Below, piece by piece: positions 43,584-55,726 of a DNA stretch of 64,000 nucleotides (position 1 is its first letter; every line of letters starts with the position of its first letter). Under the pieces are notes generated by a model. The model saw nothing but the letters and a program-made list of their open reading frames with translations. It made no database searches and was not told the DNA's origin. Source of the stretch: Tubiluchus corallicola (taxonomy: Eukaryota; Animalia; Priapulida). The stretch spans positions 7,494 to 71,493 of the forward strand of contig JAQGDQ010000998.1 of assembly GCA_030141605.1 (NCBI GenBank), read 5' to 3'. Both the position numbers and the translations under genes were made by a program.

Positions 43584-43897
43584 TTATCCAATCAAAGTTC
43601 GTTCCAGGCACTCATGTAATGTCATTTCAAACTCGGCTAGTCCACCAAACCTGTATTGTATCCCAGTCAGCACTATTGTCACTATCAACACATACAGTCT
43701 TGTTATTACAGATTCATAAATCATGAACAGGCAGATGCAAACGTACCCCGTCCAAGATACAAGCGCTATGTAGAACAAATGTTCCGTTTGTTCAATTCTG
43801 ATGTCTGATTTGTCACCAGGGAAAGTTCTATCTCGTTCAAACTGCAAGAGCAGTTCTTCTTTTTCAACCCATCGGCTTTTGCACCATTCACTCCATT
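43584..43897 (-). CDS. LCLAT1: LCLAT1 terminal coding exon
   Basis: tttacag|(E)WSEWCKSRWVEKEELLLQF...FGGLAEFEMTLHECLERTLIG*. Confidence 0.88.
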
Positions 43898-46800
43898 CTG
43901 TAAACAAATTCATAATTTTTAAATATCATCAAATAACAAATTTATATATTAAACAATGCTTGACATGAAAAGATTTTTATGGGTTTCTTCTAGACATTGC
44001 TACTAGAGGATTTTAAAAGATCAACAGAGCCCATGTTTATTAGAACAACAAACAGTAAAACAAGTAATGAAACACTGCAGATAAGTAATTTAGTTTCACT
44101 TACCCGATGAAGTGGTTGGTAAGTCGCACTTGTGAGACGAGATGTTGAAATTGACACGCGCGGGAAAATTTCCTCGAAACAAATCCAGTTCTGTGACGAC
44201 TGTGTTTTCTGCGTACCCAACTGTGATGTCATACACGGCTTTCAACATATCATCTACAACAGTGATTGTTAAGCAGATTTTGAATCGAAACGGTGTCAAA
44301 ATAGTATAATCGGGGTCGTAGTTTACTTAATTAACAAGCAAGACATAACAACTAGGGGCCATCCACATATAGCGATATCAAATTTTTAGCCGATTTCGAG
44401 GATCTGCCTACCTTGCATTATATAGCGTTATCATATGCTCCATCACCTACCTACCTACTTCTTATATTGACATCACACTCATGTAGCTTTTGTACATATT
44501 ATTCTTCCTCCCAAGGACAGGCAAAAACATCACTGTGTTAATTAACGGGAAACCACCAGTGGATTCTGCTGGCATCGGCATGTTCTACTGGCATCAGATA
44601 ACGACATCACGACTAAATCACCTAACTACCTTGCGTTAAAATGGTCTTAACACGTCTCTTGTCACATACCGAACTAAACTTGATATCGTTATACATGAAT
44701 GCCCCTTCTTAAGACTGATATTCAGCTATAGAACCAGAGTAATCTAGAGGACCGCTAAAACTGTACAAGAAAATCGACTAAACGATCTCAAATTTCCTTA
44801 GTTTTAACATGAATACACTAACGATGAAAAGTTAAAGCACACGTGCAATTGTGGTGTGGCTTCTCAGTTAATAATATAATCATGTATATAACTGAATGAG
44901 TGAGTGGTGCGTGAGGAGGTGAATGAGCGAAAGAGTAAGGAGTGAGTGAATGAGTCGGCCAGTAAATACAAAACTCCAGGCTCTTTAGGGTCTACAAAAA
45001 TGTTATTGTTGTAGGTTCAGTAATTCATCTTGCTTGTAAATTCAGCAGTTTTTGATGGGTTCATAATGAATTGAAGTTACTATACGTACAAGAAATCTAA
45101 ACGCCAGTAAAACCCTGTAAAGCCAAGGAAACAACGTAAACCTTCCACAAAGAATAAATCCCATAGTAATTGTAAAGTTACTGCAAAGTTCAAGCGAGTC
45201 TTGCTGAGAGCGCTAAAAGTCTGTAGTCGCAGTAATAAAATCCCATGTGTAAAAATAATGACAACGACGAAAGGTGAAACATCAATTTTGTAGAAGCAAA
45301 GGTTCACACACTAGTCTGTTCATTTAGACATGGTTTATTCATAAGAGGGATAATTGTCTCGTAATCTCAATGCTGTCAGCAATAAGTAATGAGAAAACTC
45401 AAAGCGTCTGCTTTTTTTTATTCACTCCAGTGCTTGTGACAAAAGGTTTGCACAACTTGAAAGTACAATGGCGAACGCACTACATCACAAAAAACAGTTT
45501 AACTAAACCACACTATGTACAATGAATAATCATTGTACGAAAAACGTTTGCGAGAATCGTGCCATCAGAATAATTGTTGCTGGATTAAGTCATCTTGACA
45601 ATATTAGTCAGCTTGACAATTAGTACGGTGTCAAATTTCCACTACATGCGTGCATTCTTGAAGCAAATAAGTTAGAATGGACTTAATTATAAGTACACTG
45701 AGTCTCAATAAATTTACTCAGTGTGAATACGATTCCGACACACTGTCGCAGTGCAAATTAGCAGCGAAGTAAACCATACTTGAAAGTAGTATAAATCATA
45801 ACCAAGTAAACAGGTGAGTAAACCGTTTTATTCTCAAAAGCTTGTGTAAAATGCCTTATTGCGAATGTACTATGAATGGGAATACCATTCAAATGAACCA
45901 TTTCTATGTGAGTACAGTCTTTATTAAAGCGAATCACTGTAATCAGGGTTTGAGTAAAACACCCGGTGTGTAACAGAACTTTAGAACTACTGTCTTTGCA
46001 TATGGACAAGCTTACACAAAATTCAATTGATACATTTCGCATGAAAACCGCGGCATTTATGTTAAGTATGAAACACTTGAGATGCAAGCAAGAAACATCA
46101 ATTTGACATTGGTTATAGACATTACTGGCGCTTCGTCGTTGTACTTAACAAAAGTCTCTACAGACTTGTATGCCACAAATTCAGAATAAAACAGTTTGTA
46201 GTACAGGGGAAGTTTTACCACTCCTATAGATTTGGCATCAGTTGATTGAGCAATTTTTGCAATCGTCAGTTTACGATTTGTAGCCACCCCATCTAACCCA
46301 TCCCCGCGAAACACAATAAGCAGCCCTTTATCTCGAACTTAGCGAATAATTTAATAACTGGTGAAAATCTTACGTTCTTGCATTTTCTGAGCCAGGTAGG
46401 AGAATCCTGTTGTTTTTGGATGAAGCAGATGTTCATAGGATGGCAAGTTGTTATTCTCAGCATATCTAATGCTGCCTTGTTTCGCTTCAGCACTCATATT
46501 AGTGCCTTCAGGAAAAATGAGAATCTATTGAGAAAAAACAACTTATGTTCTTGTGATGATTTAGCGGTTTACATTTTTGTTGGTTAGACACAAAGTAAAA
46601 GGCTAGATAAACCTTTTTGCAATTATAATGTTTGCTTGTCTTCTCCATACTCATTCAGCTATAGAAAGAACCACCCCAAGGTCATTCCTTGAATACTGTT
46701 TTGACCAGACACGGACGGACAGACGAAAACAGAATTCTTTCTTTTACTTCTGGTCTCTCTGCAGATGGATAAGGCTTTAAGGTGTACATGTATACTGATC

Positions 46801-49800
46801 AGCGTCCCGGGTATTAGTTGTTTTAGAGATTATTGTAACCTTAAGTTAAATGTCTTAAAAACCTTTATTTCTGATCTTTCAGTTCACCTTTTAGAAAGCG
46901 TACGCTAAGCTGTGATAAACTATGATTTGAATGCTTTTTAATTTATTGCACTTAAGTAAGATTAAGTGTGTGGCTAAACCACCCGCTTACGTGCTATAAT
47001 GTTACCAACAACAATGGAAAATAGTCATTTGTAAACATTAAATACCTGTTATTAATTACCCAAAATTCTTTGCTTAGTCTAAAGATAAGTAAGTTTACCT
47101 GTGGTTTTGTTGCCTTTATTTCTGCAAAATAATCCATAATTGAAGCCAAAATGTTTTTGTCTTCGCTCCACTTTCTTTTGATAAAGATGAAGAAATTAAC
47201 TTGCATTGCCCAGCCTGTAAATGAGGAAAATTAATTTGTTATTTACCAGAAACCTTCCAACGTTTTAATATATTATTTGACCTACAACGCGGGCCTGAAA
47301 TTGATACATTCATACAAATACTGCTTTGTTTTAGAATTACTGATCAGCTTGCTTGTTTACTTACTTAGCTATACCTATTTGAAATTTATCTACTAAATGT
47401 ACTTATACTTATTGTGATTGCATAGAAATGTAACATTGTCAATGGGGCACCTACGGAAATTTCAATATCTTTTGCCTTTTAAAAATGGCCTTAAGATTCC
47501 TGTTGCAAGTTCATAGTAAGAAATACTACTCGTCACATGTAATTAGTACAGATGCATGTTGGACATAGTAAACATTAACCGATAGCAAATATTATCACTA
47601 AACTAATACCGATACTCTGTGACTGATAGACAGAAATTATTAAAATATCTTTCCAATGTACACTACTTACATTTTTCATACAGAATGAAACGTAGTTGTT
47701 CTAGACACCGTACGAGCAAAGCCTCTGCTATTTCAGGCCACTTTGGAAAAGTTACCAAAATGAAAATAACATTGGATATTCTCGGAGCTAACAAAGCATA
47801 CATAGTCTTGTCTGAGACGATAGCAGTCAATTTGTCTTTTGGTTAAAGGAAGACAGGATGATTTCGTTAAACGTAAAAAACCCTCTTCTGCTACACCGAA
47901 ATAACATTGTATTAAACAGGCTATTAAAAATCTTGTAAAATATATTTGCCCAGAGGAGACCACTGTGACTGTGAAGTAATACCAGTAGAGTTCAATGGCA
48001 ACGGACCACCACCATATGTCATAATAAGTGCTTTTATTCCACATGCGTTGTCCGTTTCATTGGCACATGACTGTGAATTTTTAGCTTTTCCAAGCAAAAA
48101 ATGATAAGCTTTATGAATAAAAACTGTGCCAAATATTAATGAATTTGCTGTTGTACTGCAACAAAATAAAACACTATTTTGCTTTTTTCTGTTTCTATAA
48201 TTGCAATTAGTGGACACGTTTTACTTGAAAGTAACAATATGGGTTGCCGAGAGAGCGCATTACATCGTGAAATGTGAAATTTGATAGTTAGGTTGCACGA
48301 ACTCCTTTATGTTTACAAAAATAATTGCGTGTAGTGCTGTTTCTAACTTTGTGTGTGATTAGAAGTTATTTTCAGCTACATTTATAGGATAATCTTACAC
48401 ATTTTATATGAAGTCTTATATTGCCTTTTACACACATCTGTATTTTGTCATTACAAAGGATCACAAGATGCTCCTAAGATTACTGTTTATTCCCAAGTAT
48501 GCAGTACACTTCACAACGCACCTGGACAAAACTGCTATATTAACATTCTTGTTCTTGAACAAAATGATGACTTGTTCATCATGATGAAATGATGATAATT
48601 GATGAAGTATGTGAAAACCAAATTGTGAGAAGATGAAAATTATGATTATAACTTCTTTATTATTATCCTGCTTCTGTGTGCTTTTGCAGACAGTTGAATG
48701 CGATAATTTAACTTGCTATCGGATATCGATTTTTTATTACTTGCACGCGTTCAGTGTTACTGCGAAGTCATATAAGACTATTTTCATTCATTTTACGAAT
48801 ATTTTTCAGTAATGTAATATATATATGTTGTGTTGATACATATTAATCACCAAATTCTGAAAATTTCTTTTGATAATAGCTTTTGATAATTTGGGGAGTA
48901 GAGCGTTAGTTACCCTTAATCATGTTAGCTGAAGGAGAATTTTTTATTAGGATAAACCACATATTACAATTCGCTACTAAGTGATATGCTTAAAGGCGTA
49001 CAATGCTTGTATTAGTTTAACATAATTTTAGTAGATAGCGACACCACCAATTCTGGCAATAGTGTAGTATAATTACGTGGCGACATCTGTTGTCGAAAAA
49101 TGATAACTTAGTGCCCGTTTAAGTACGAAACTTTAGCGTGCATCAAGTGATATTATTTTGGCAGACAATTTTATTTAGCAATTTCTATTAACAGCGCTGA
49201 ATGAACTTTAATAAGGTAGTGTTTTAAAGTGATTAATTAAGATTGTAGTTTACACACCTGGACCAGGAATGTACTTCAATCCATGCTTGAGGATAATTTT
49301 TTGCTGACTTAATTTACTCATTCGCACCAGACATGACCAAAAGAACATCCAGTCAAGACGTGTTCGATGATTCATGATAATGATACAGGGTTCATCAGGT
49401 GCAATGCTATTACCTGTAACTGTTATTTGCACCTGTCCAATTATCTCTATCAGAGCCTGTAATATTGTAATATGAAATATAATTTATAAAGTAGGTAGGA
49501 TGAAGCTGCGAAAGTAAAAAAGTTTAATTACACTTCAATGACAATGCAAATCAGTAAACCTAATAATAATTATTACGTTCATTCATAAAACAGAATAAAC
49601 CACTAGCCTAATCTTTTTTTATTATATTTCACTTTTTGAGTAAAACACAGAGGAAACTGAGAACCTTTCAAAGGCCAAACATTAAAATTCGACAAGATTC
49701 TAACGTTTCTTCTTAATTGACGTTTGTACAGCTATTGAGCATGTTTTGTAGTACGAAGCCTTTATATTTGCATATTATGTACGTATAAATTCTCAAGTCT

Positions 49801-50288
49801 TTCGCCACTGCGATATTTTGTGGAAACAGAAGCATATATGCGTATGAAGGTTACACACCCATAATGAGACCTATAATAAGTCAAAAACGAAATTTGACTT
49901 TGAAATTTTAACAGGTAACAAAATGATAGGTAGTCTAGCTACAAGTCTTAATAAATATCTAAGTTTGAAAAGCCAGTAAAAAGTTAATCATCTTATTTAC
50001 TAAATCCAATACATTTTAGTAGCACGAAATTTCGAGACGTATTATCATCAGAATTCACTATTGTGAAAAGACGCTTGAGGCTTAATTGGGCAAAGAGTCC
50101 AGAATTGACAAAATATTAATACTCACAGCTGCATAAATCATCCACGACCCTACAATTTGGTCGACCACCCACCGATGCCACCGCCTGTTGCAGACTAGTA
50201 GAGGCCATAGACATGGAATTGTGAACACTGAGCCAAGAAAACTGCTTAGATAGAACAACACACAAACTAAATAACCTCGTATGCTCAT
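43584..50288 (-). CDS. LCLAT1: Lysocardiolipin acyltransferase 1 (AGPAT8), 363 aa, 6 coding exons
   Basis: Exons 50127-50288, 49258-49456, 47099-47214, 46374-46524, 44104-44253 and 43584-43897 join in phase. Motifs IIMNHRTRLDWMFFW, LKYIPGPGWAMQ, FIFIKRKW, LIFPEGT, LLHPKTTGF, AVYDITVGY, WCKSRWVEKE, FGGL. The acceptor at ~50300 implies an upstream non-coding exon. Confidence 0.93.
44104..44253 (-). CDS. LCLAT1: LCLAT1 coding exon 5
   Basis: ttgtag|(H)DMLKAVYDITVGYAENTVVTELDLFRGNFPARVNFNISSHKCDLPTTSS|gtaagt. Confidence 0.9.
44355..44705. mobile_element. Degenerate Harbinger-type MITE in an LCLAT1 intron
   Basis: Imperfect TIRs ggggccatccacatatagcgatatcaa / ttgatatcgttatacatgaatgcccc and internal cctacct motifs. 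The TSD is not preserved. Confidence 0.6.
46374..46524 (-). CDS. LCLAT1: LCLAT1 coding exon 4 (FPEGT motif)
   Basis: aatag|ILIFPEGTNMSAEAKQGSIRYAENNNLPSYEHLLHPKTTGFSYLAQKMQE|gtaag. Confidence 0.93.
47099..47214 (-). CDS. LCLAT1: LCLAT1 coding exon 3
   Basis: ttacag|GWAMQVNFFIFIKRKWSEDKNILASIMDYFAEIKATKPQ|gtaaac. Confidence 0.92.
49258..49456 (-). CDS. LCLAT1: LCLAT1 coding exon 2 (NHX4D motif)
   Basis: ttacag|ALIEIIGQVQITVTG...NHRTRLDW...KYIPGP(G)|gtgtgt. Confidence 0.93.
50127..50288 (-). CDS. LCLAT1: LCLAT1 coding exon 1
   Basis: MSIRGYLVCVLFYLSSFLGS...WMIYAA|gtgagt. Confidence 0.9.
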
Positions 50289-50749
50289 CGTCAGATGAGC
50301 TATAGAAACCTTGATAGGAACATTGGATCTACATGTACTCTGTTATTCGACTAAGGTTTCTTGTGAGATTCAGAAATTAAACAACTTCGCCTTATTATTT
50401 AGAACTATCTACGGTGTGCGCCTGCTCTGATTTTTTGTAAACTGTTAGACAATTATAGGACCTTGTGCTGGTGAAAGTTCTCCACAATATGATCAAAGTT
50501 CTTCCGTTTTCTATGTAAATTTATCTTCTTATCTAACTATCATAGTATTTATAAACATTGACATTGGTCTACTATACAACATTTTGCGTGAGTAAACAGT
50601 GTTAGGTAGGTATTTGAGTAAGGTTATATTTATTTTTGTATACGTAGGCTTGTTTATATAATGGCTTGAATATTTATTTTTTATTTTTCTAATGACAAAA
50701 ATATGCGTTCTTTTTGCCATTAGTTACAAAATAAAAGATAAATACTCAA

Positions 50750-51725
50750 GATGAGAGAAAGAAGAGTCGAACTAAAGAGCGATAGAGAAAAATGAGAAAA
50801 AACAGTGAACAGAAACAGTCTGGTAGACAGGACGACAGGTTGACACTTTGGAAGTAAAGATGAGGAACTAAGAAAGAGAGGCAGAGGATAAAGAGGATAA
50901 TAGAAAGAAGCGAAGGAAACGGCAGCGACAGAAAAAAATGAATAAAAAATAGTTTTGCAGACAGGTCGACAGTTTGTAAATAAAGAGAGGCTGAGAATGA
51001 AAGAAAAGGAGTAAAAGGAAAAAGGACTAGAAGGAGGGAGTGACAGACAAAAACTGAGAGAAAGCGGAAGGCGCGAACATAAAAATAATTTGGTAGACAG
51101 GTTAGTAGTGAGAAGGAATGGGAGAGGCAGAGGATGAAAGAAGAAGGAGCGAAAGGAAAGAATGATAGACTTCGGTAGACAGACTGATAGTTTGCAAAGT
51201 CAAATTGCTGCCAGTAATAATTATAATTTTAAACGTTTAAACGTTTTATTTACAAAGTCGAGCTTGTAATAAATAAATACATTGATTTGCGAACTGCCAA
51301 CCTGCCGACTTATCTACCAAACAGTTTTCTGTTATTCAAACATTTACACTTTTTCTGCTTAGTAATTATTGTCTCGACTCCCCACTTTCTCTCATCTTCT
51401 CCCTCTCTTTCTCTTTTCCTTCTCTATTTGCAAACTGCCAACTGATCTACCTGTCTGTCACACCTTATTTCCGTAGTTTTCCTAATTTTTGTCTCGTCGC
51501 TCTCTCTTCCCACTCCTTTTTCTCTTACCCTCATCCTCTCTTTCTCTCAGCTGTTTTTCTATTTTGAAGCTATCAACCTGTCACCCGTCTACCAAACTCT
51601 TTTTCTGTTCATTCTTTCTCTCATTTTTGTCCATCACTGTATCTTCTCTTTCAAAATTTCTACATCCTCTACCCTTCTTTCTCAGAACCTCCTCTATGAG
51701 TAGACTGTCAATTTGTCAACCAAAT
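50750..51725. repeat. ~1-kb degenerate foldback: purine-rich repeat array facing its pyrimidine-rich reverse complement
   Basis: Left units ..tggtagacagg..gacag(t)ttg.aa.. at ~50820, 50955, 51090, 51173. Right units ..ttgc.aactg.caacctg..ctaccaa.. at ~51287, 51428, 51570, 51705. Confidence 0.65.
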
Positions 51726-52185
51726 ACTTGAGGATCAAAGAGGGTCTTTGAGGATCTTCCCTTTATTCACAGGATTAACTCCCGTGAATAACATCACTAG
51801 CATAACTAATAAAAATTTCGTTATTTTTTGAGAAATATCAAAAGTACCTAAATAAAAAATATATTATTAGTTTCCGTTGAAACATGATTTAGTTAATTGA
51901 AACGCTTCTGCAATCTTAAACCTTGACAGAATTAGATACATTTGTTAACTACGCCATATTAATTAAAGGCAAACTGAAAATGACCCCGGGACACCAGAAT
52001 ATTATTATTGTGATTAGGCTAACCAGCACCATTTTATTAATTACACCAACAGAAGTCGTGAATTTACAGAATTTAAAAATACGAAAAAATCTGAAAAACA
52101 ATAATAATGTCATTAGAAATAATTTACAGCATGTAAATAAGTCTGCCCTATTTTTAATATTGCATTTACAGTACGAGGGGGAGAA

Positions 52186-52207
52186 AGAGAATGAGAGAGA
52201 AAGAGAC

Positions 52208-52248
<41 letters not shown>

Positions 52249-52297
52249 GAGATATTAGAGAAAGACAGGGGGAGCGAGAGAGACAGAAAGAGAGAGA

Positions 52298-52329
<32 letters not shown>

Positions 52330-52352
52330 AAGAAAGAAAGAAAGAGAGAGAG
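52186..52352. repeat. (GA)n/(GACA)n/(GT)n compound microsatellite
   Basis: Direct observation. Confidence 0.9.
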
Positions 52353-52981
52353 ATTGCCAAAGATCGTTAAAGACTTTGCTTAGCTGAACTGGAAACCGCG
52401 AACTGTAAATTGCGAAATGTATAAAGACAGAGACAGGATAGAAGCAGAAAGAGTGAGAGAGGGGACGAGAGAGAGAGAGTGGGAGAGGAAGAGAATAAGG
52501 GAGAGGAAGAGAGTCTGTGGTTGTGGATAAGAGAGAGAAAGAGGGAGCGAGGGAGAGAAAGAGAATGGGAGAGTGAGAGAGAGCGAGAAAGATTGTAAAC
52601 GCTTTGCATAGCTAAAAGTAATTAATACTGACATTGCCATGTACGTACCTATTAGGCTATATTAATTTTATTGATGTAATTAAATTTGTTTGACTATGCT
52701 TAATCGTTGTTAGGTAAATCAAGTAAAATACTCCAACATTTTGTTTATTCTTAAAACAATAAAACTTATAAAAAATTGTAACTGAGTAAACTGATTAATA
52801 ATTTTGAACTTCTATAGAAGTTATATGTATATCCGTTTTCAACGTTGAGAGCTAATGAATTAACATTAATAGTCCACATTGATAATTTTAATTAAATTTT
52901 TGTAGCAAACTCGAAAGACAGGAAATGTGAAAAAGTTGGGATACAATCTGGATTATAACTAATTAGATTATTTTTATTTGT

Positions 52982-53322
52982 ATTAATTTTGAGCCAGACA
53001 TTTTCGTGGATAATTAATTCACTGTTATAATCTTAATGGCAAGATTATTATTATGAAACATGTTACAAACCCTCAATTAATTACATTTTTATACCAAACT
53101 CGAATGATAGGAAATTTGAAAAGAATGGGATGCTGCCTGAATTTGAACTAGGGACCTTCTGCATTAAATTTTGTTCCTGGTTCAAATCCAGACTGCATTT
53201 CAACTTTTTCCTCTCTTACGAGTTTGGAAATTAATTGCTGGTTTGTAACACCGTTAATAATAAACATGACATTAAGGTTATAACAATTAAGTAATCGCGG
53301 AAAATTCTGGCTCAAAATTAAT
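52982..53322. repeat. Inverted repeat (~165-bp arms) formed by two head-to-head SINE-like copies
   Basis: attaattttgagccaga..ttataa.cttaatg..gttacaaacc..caattaatt..ccaaactcg..atttgaac.agg is mirrored at ~53170-53322. B-box ggttcaaatcc at 53179-53189. Confidence 0.7.
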
Positions 53323-53378
53323 CTAGTTAAAATCGTCCTAGTGTGAGCGATCTTGTACTGGAAATGCTGAACTTGGTT

Positions 53379-53396
53379 GTCACGTAATGACGTCAT
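53379..53396. promoter_or_regulatory. CRE/ATF palindrome, candidate LCLAT1 upstream element
   Basis: gtcacgtaATGACGTCAT: a perfect TGACGTCA at 53388-53395 with an adjacent ACGT-core site. The functional role is inferred only. Confidence 0.3.
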
Positions 53397-53982
53397 CAGT
53401 AGACTTAGAATCTACGGGTTAGTACAACCAAAATGATATTGAATGAATCTTTGTAGTCAATACTATTTATATCGAAATACTATGGAAATACTCTTTCTCC
53501 TTCTTATCCCCCAACTCTCTCTCTTTCCCTCTCTCTTCTCTCCACCTCTTTCTCTTCTCTTCCCCGCTCTCTCTTTCTCTTCTCTCCCCATCTTTCTTTC
53601 TCTTTTCTCCCCGTCTTTCTTTCTCCCTCTTTACTTTTCGCAGTTTCCAGTTGGCAAATTACAGAAAGCCATTAAACACATTTTTTACAAAACAGCGACC
53701 AGTGACTCCAATCATTGAAGACACACCACTTTAAAAATGCGTTACTTTTGTTTCACCTCAGCATTGGTACTAACTATAGAAAAATGCTGGCTCAAAGTAA
53801 TAGTAATCGAAAAAAACTCAAAAGAATTATAATTGAAACAAAATATTGGTTATTTAAAAAACAAGCAAACATACATTGTCCGATTATTATTTTATGTTTT
53901 GAAATGTTACTGTACTTTAAGCTGGATTTCAATATGAAATAACTGCTTTATTCTCCGAATAATACACAAGTTGACATGCAAC

Positions 53983-54331
53983 CAGGGCCGGATTATGTGG
54001 CCCTTAGGCTAATGAAATTATTGGCCCCCTAACTGGGTCGCACCCATCATGAATATTTTATATTTTATCAAACTGGTGCCCCTTATCCAAATAAAGGGCT
54101 TCAAATGGGGGTCACTTATCTCAAACAAAAAAGCCTCGAAACTGGCCCTTTATCTCAAATTAGGAACCTTTTTTAAAATTGTCTTTTCAGACTTCCGGGC
54201 CTCCTTTTCTAAAGTTGAAATTTTATTTTAAGTTAAATGAATTATTCAGCAAAACAAGATATTAAAATATTATGCTAATTTAAAAAAATACATGAAACAA
54301 GGTTGAGGGCCCATAGGCTAATCTGGCCCTG
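53983..54331. mobile_element. hAT-like MITE
   Basis: TIRs cagggccggatta / taatctggccctg; degenerate 8-bp TSD catgcaac / cattcagc; internal ggccc motifs. Confidence 0.7.
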
Positions 54332-54691
54332 CATTCAGCTACCAGTAGGCCTACAATGATGGCCGCCAGTATACGAAGCAATGAGATCACTGCCTAATAT
54401 TAACTACAGACAAACAGAAACTAGCTGTAAGTTATAAAACAGACATAATCAAATACACTGTATTTAGGTTTTTATTTACTATAAAGCTGTGCAGCGAATT
54501 TACCAAAAAGAAAAACTCAAATTTGAACAGAAATATTTATCTTTTGTGCGGTGATTTTTGATATAATGTGCTCTTACGTTACGGAATGTAAATACGAGAC
54601 GTGTCGCTGTCAAAATAAACTTTTATACATAGCATATATATCTTATAAAAATTAACTACGGGCTGCTGATCCGCAAACGGTACCTATATAG

Positions 54692-54832
54692 TTCACAATG
54701 ATTACGTACAACATTTCAAAATAGTTCTGATATAGCTAATTAGACTACATTGATCATAATGTCATTAAATGTACAACAGTTCAAAATAGTTCTAATGTAG
54801 CTAATAGCACTAAATTAATCACAATGTCATTA
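54692..54832. repeat. ~65-bp tandem duplication
   Basis: gtacaaca.ttcaaaatagttct.at.tagctaat..actA.att.atca.aatgtcatta occurs twice. Confidence 0.7.
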
Positions 54833-55677
54833 GTAGAAACGTATGACAATAATTTTCCAGGAGCCCAAGAAGGTTTGTTTGACATAGCAAGAACAAAAGG
54901 GATGAGATTTAATAACTAAGCCCTAATAAAAGTTTTGGCGCTGGTGTCATTGGAGTACTCAGATATGCTGCTAATTAGCACTAATTTAGGCGTGTTTAAG
55001 TTGATTAGAAACAGAAGTTACTGATGACTCATTAAAAGCATAAGTGCGTTATAGAGCATTATCACTGCCCCAAAAGCCGTTTTAGAATTTATTTCAATCA
55101 CGATCTAATTCTTGCTAAGGGCAAAACTGGTCTTGACATGTGTCCTGTAAAGGCTTCATACAAAAATTTACACTCAAAATGCACCTGTTTCATTGGTGTA
55201 CTAAATAATATATAAATAAATATATTATTTCCTCAAAGATGTGGGTTAGGTAAGGGAACTGAAACCTAAGAAAATTGGAACTTGATTTTCATTTCGCTAA
55301 AGCGTTGCTTTCTTGCTAAAAAATTTGGAGTGGCTTGAGTAATAAATCTAAAGACTGGTAGAGGAGATCACACCTTATCAGACGGTCCATTTCTTTCAGG
55401 CATCAAACTTTCTGCACTTACAATGCCAAAAGAATTCCATAGGATCCCAGACCATACGGAGCAAAGAAAATATAAAATTTGTGGGAAAATGTCTCACACA
55501 TTTTAAAACCAACTAAATTAGATAAGATAGCTAGAGTTCACATTAAAAATTACTACACTTTACACGAAATTTCCACTAACAACAAACAAAATTATATCAC
55601 AAGATCTGACTATTATACAAGTTTACTCTTACCGCTTCTTGTAGAGTTCCGAATGTTTGCTAACTAAAAATACATTC

Positions 55678-55681
<4 letters not shown>

Positions 55682-55725
<44 letters not shown>
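55682..55725. repeat. (TA)n microsatellite
   Basis: Direct observation. Confidence 0.95.

Positions 55726-55726
<1 letters not shown>

Noticed and set aside
45758-46493. Minus ORFs in an LCLAT1 intron
   Set aside because: The real exon (46374-46524) is in another frame; the remaining ORFs lack recognisable motifs.
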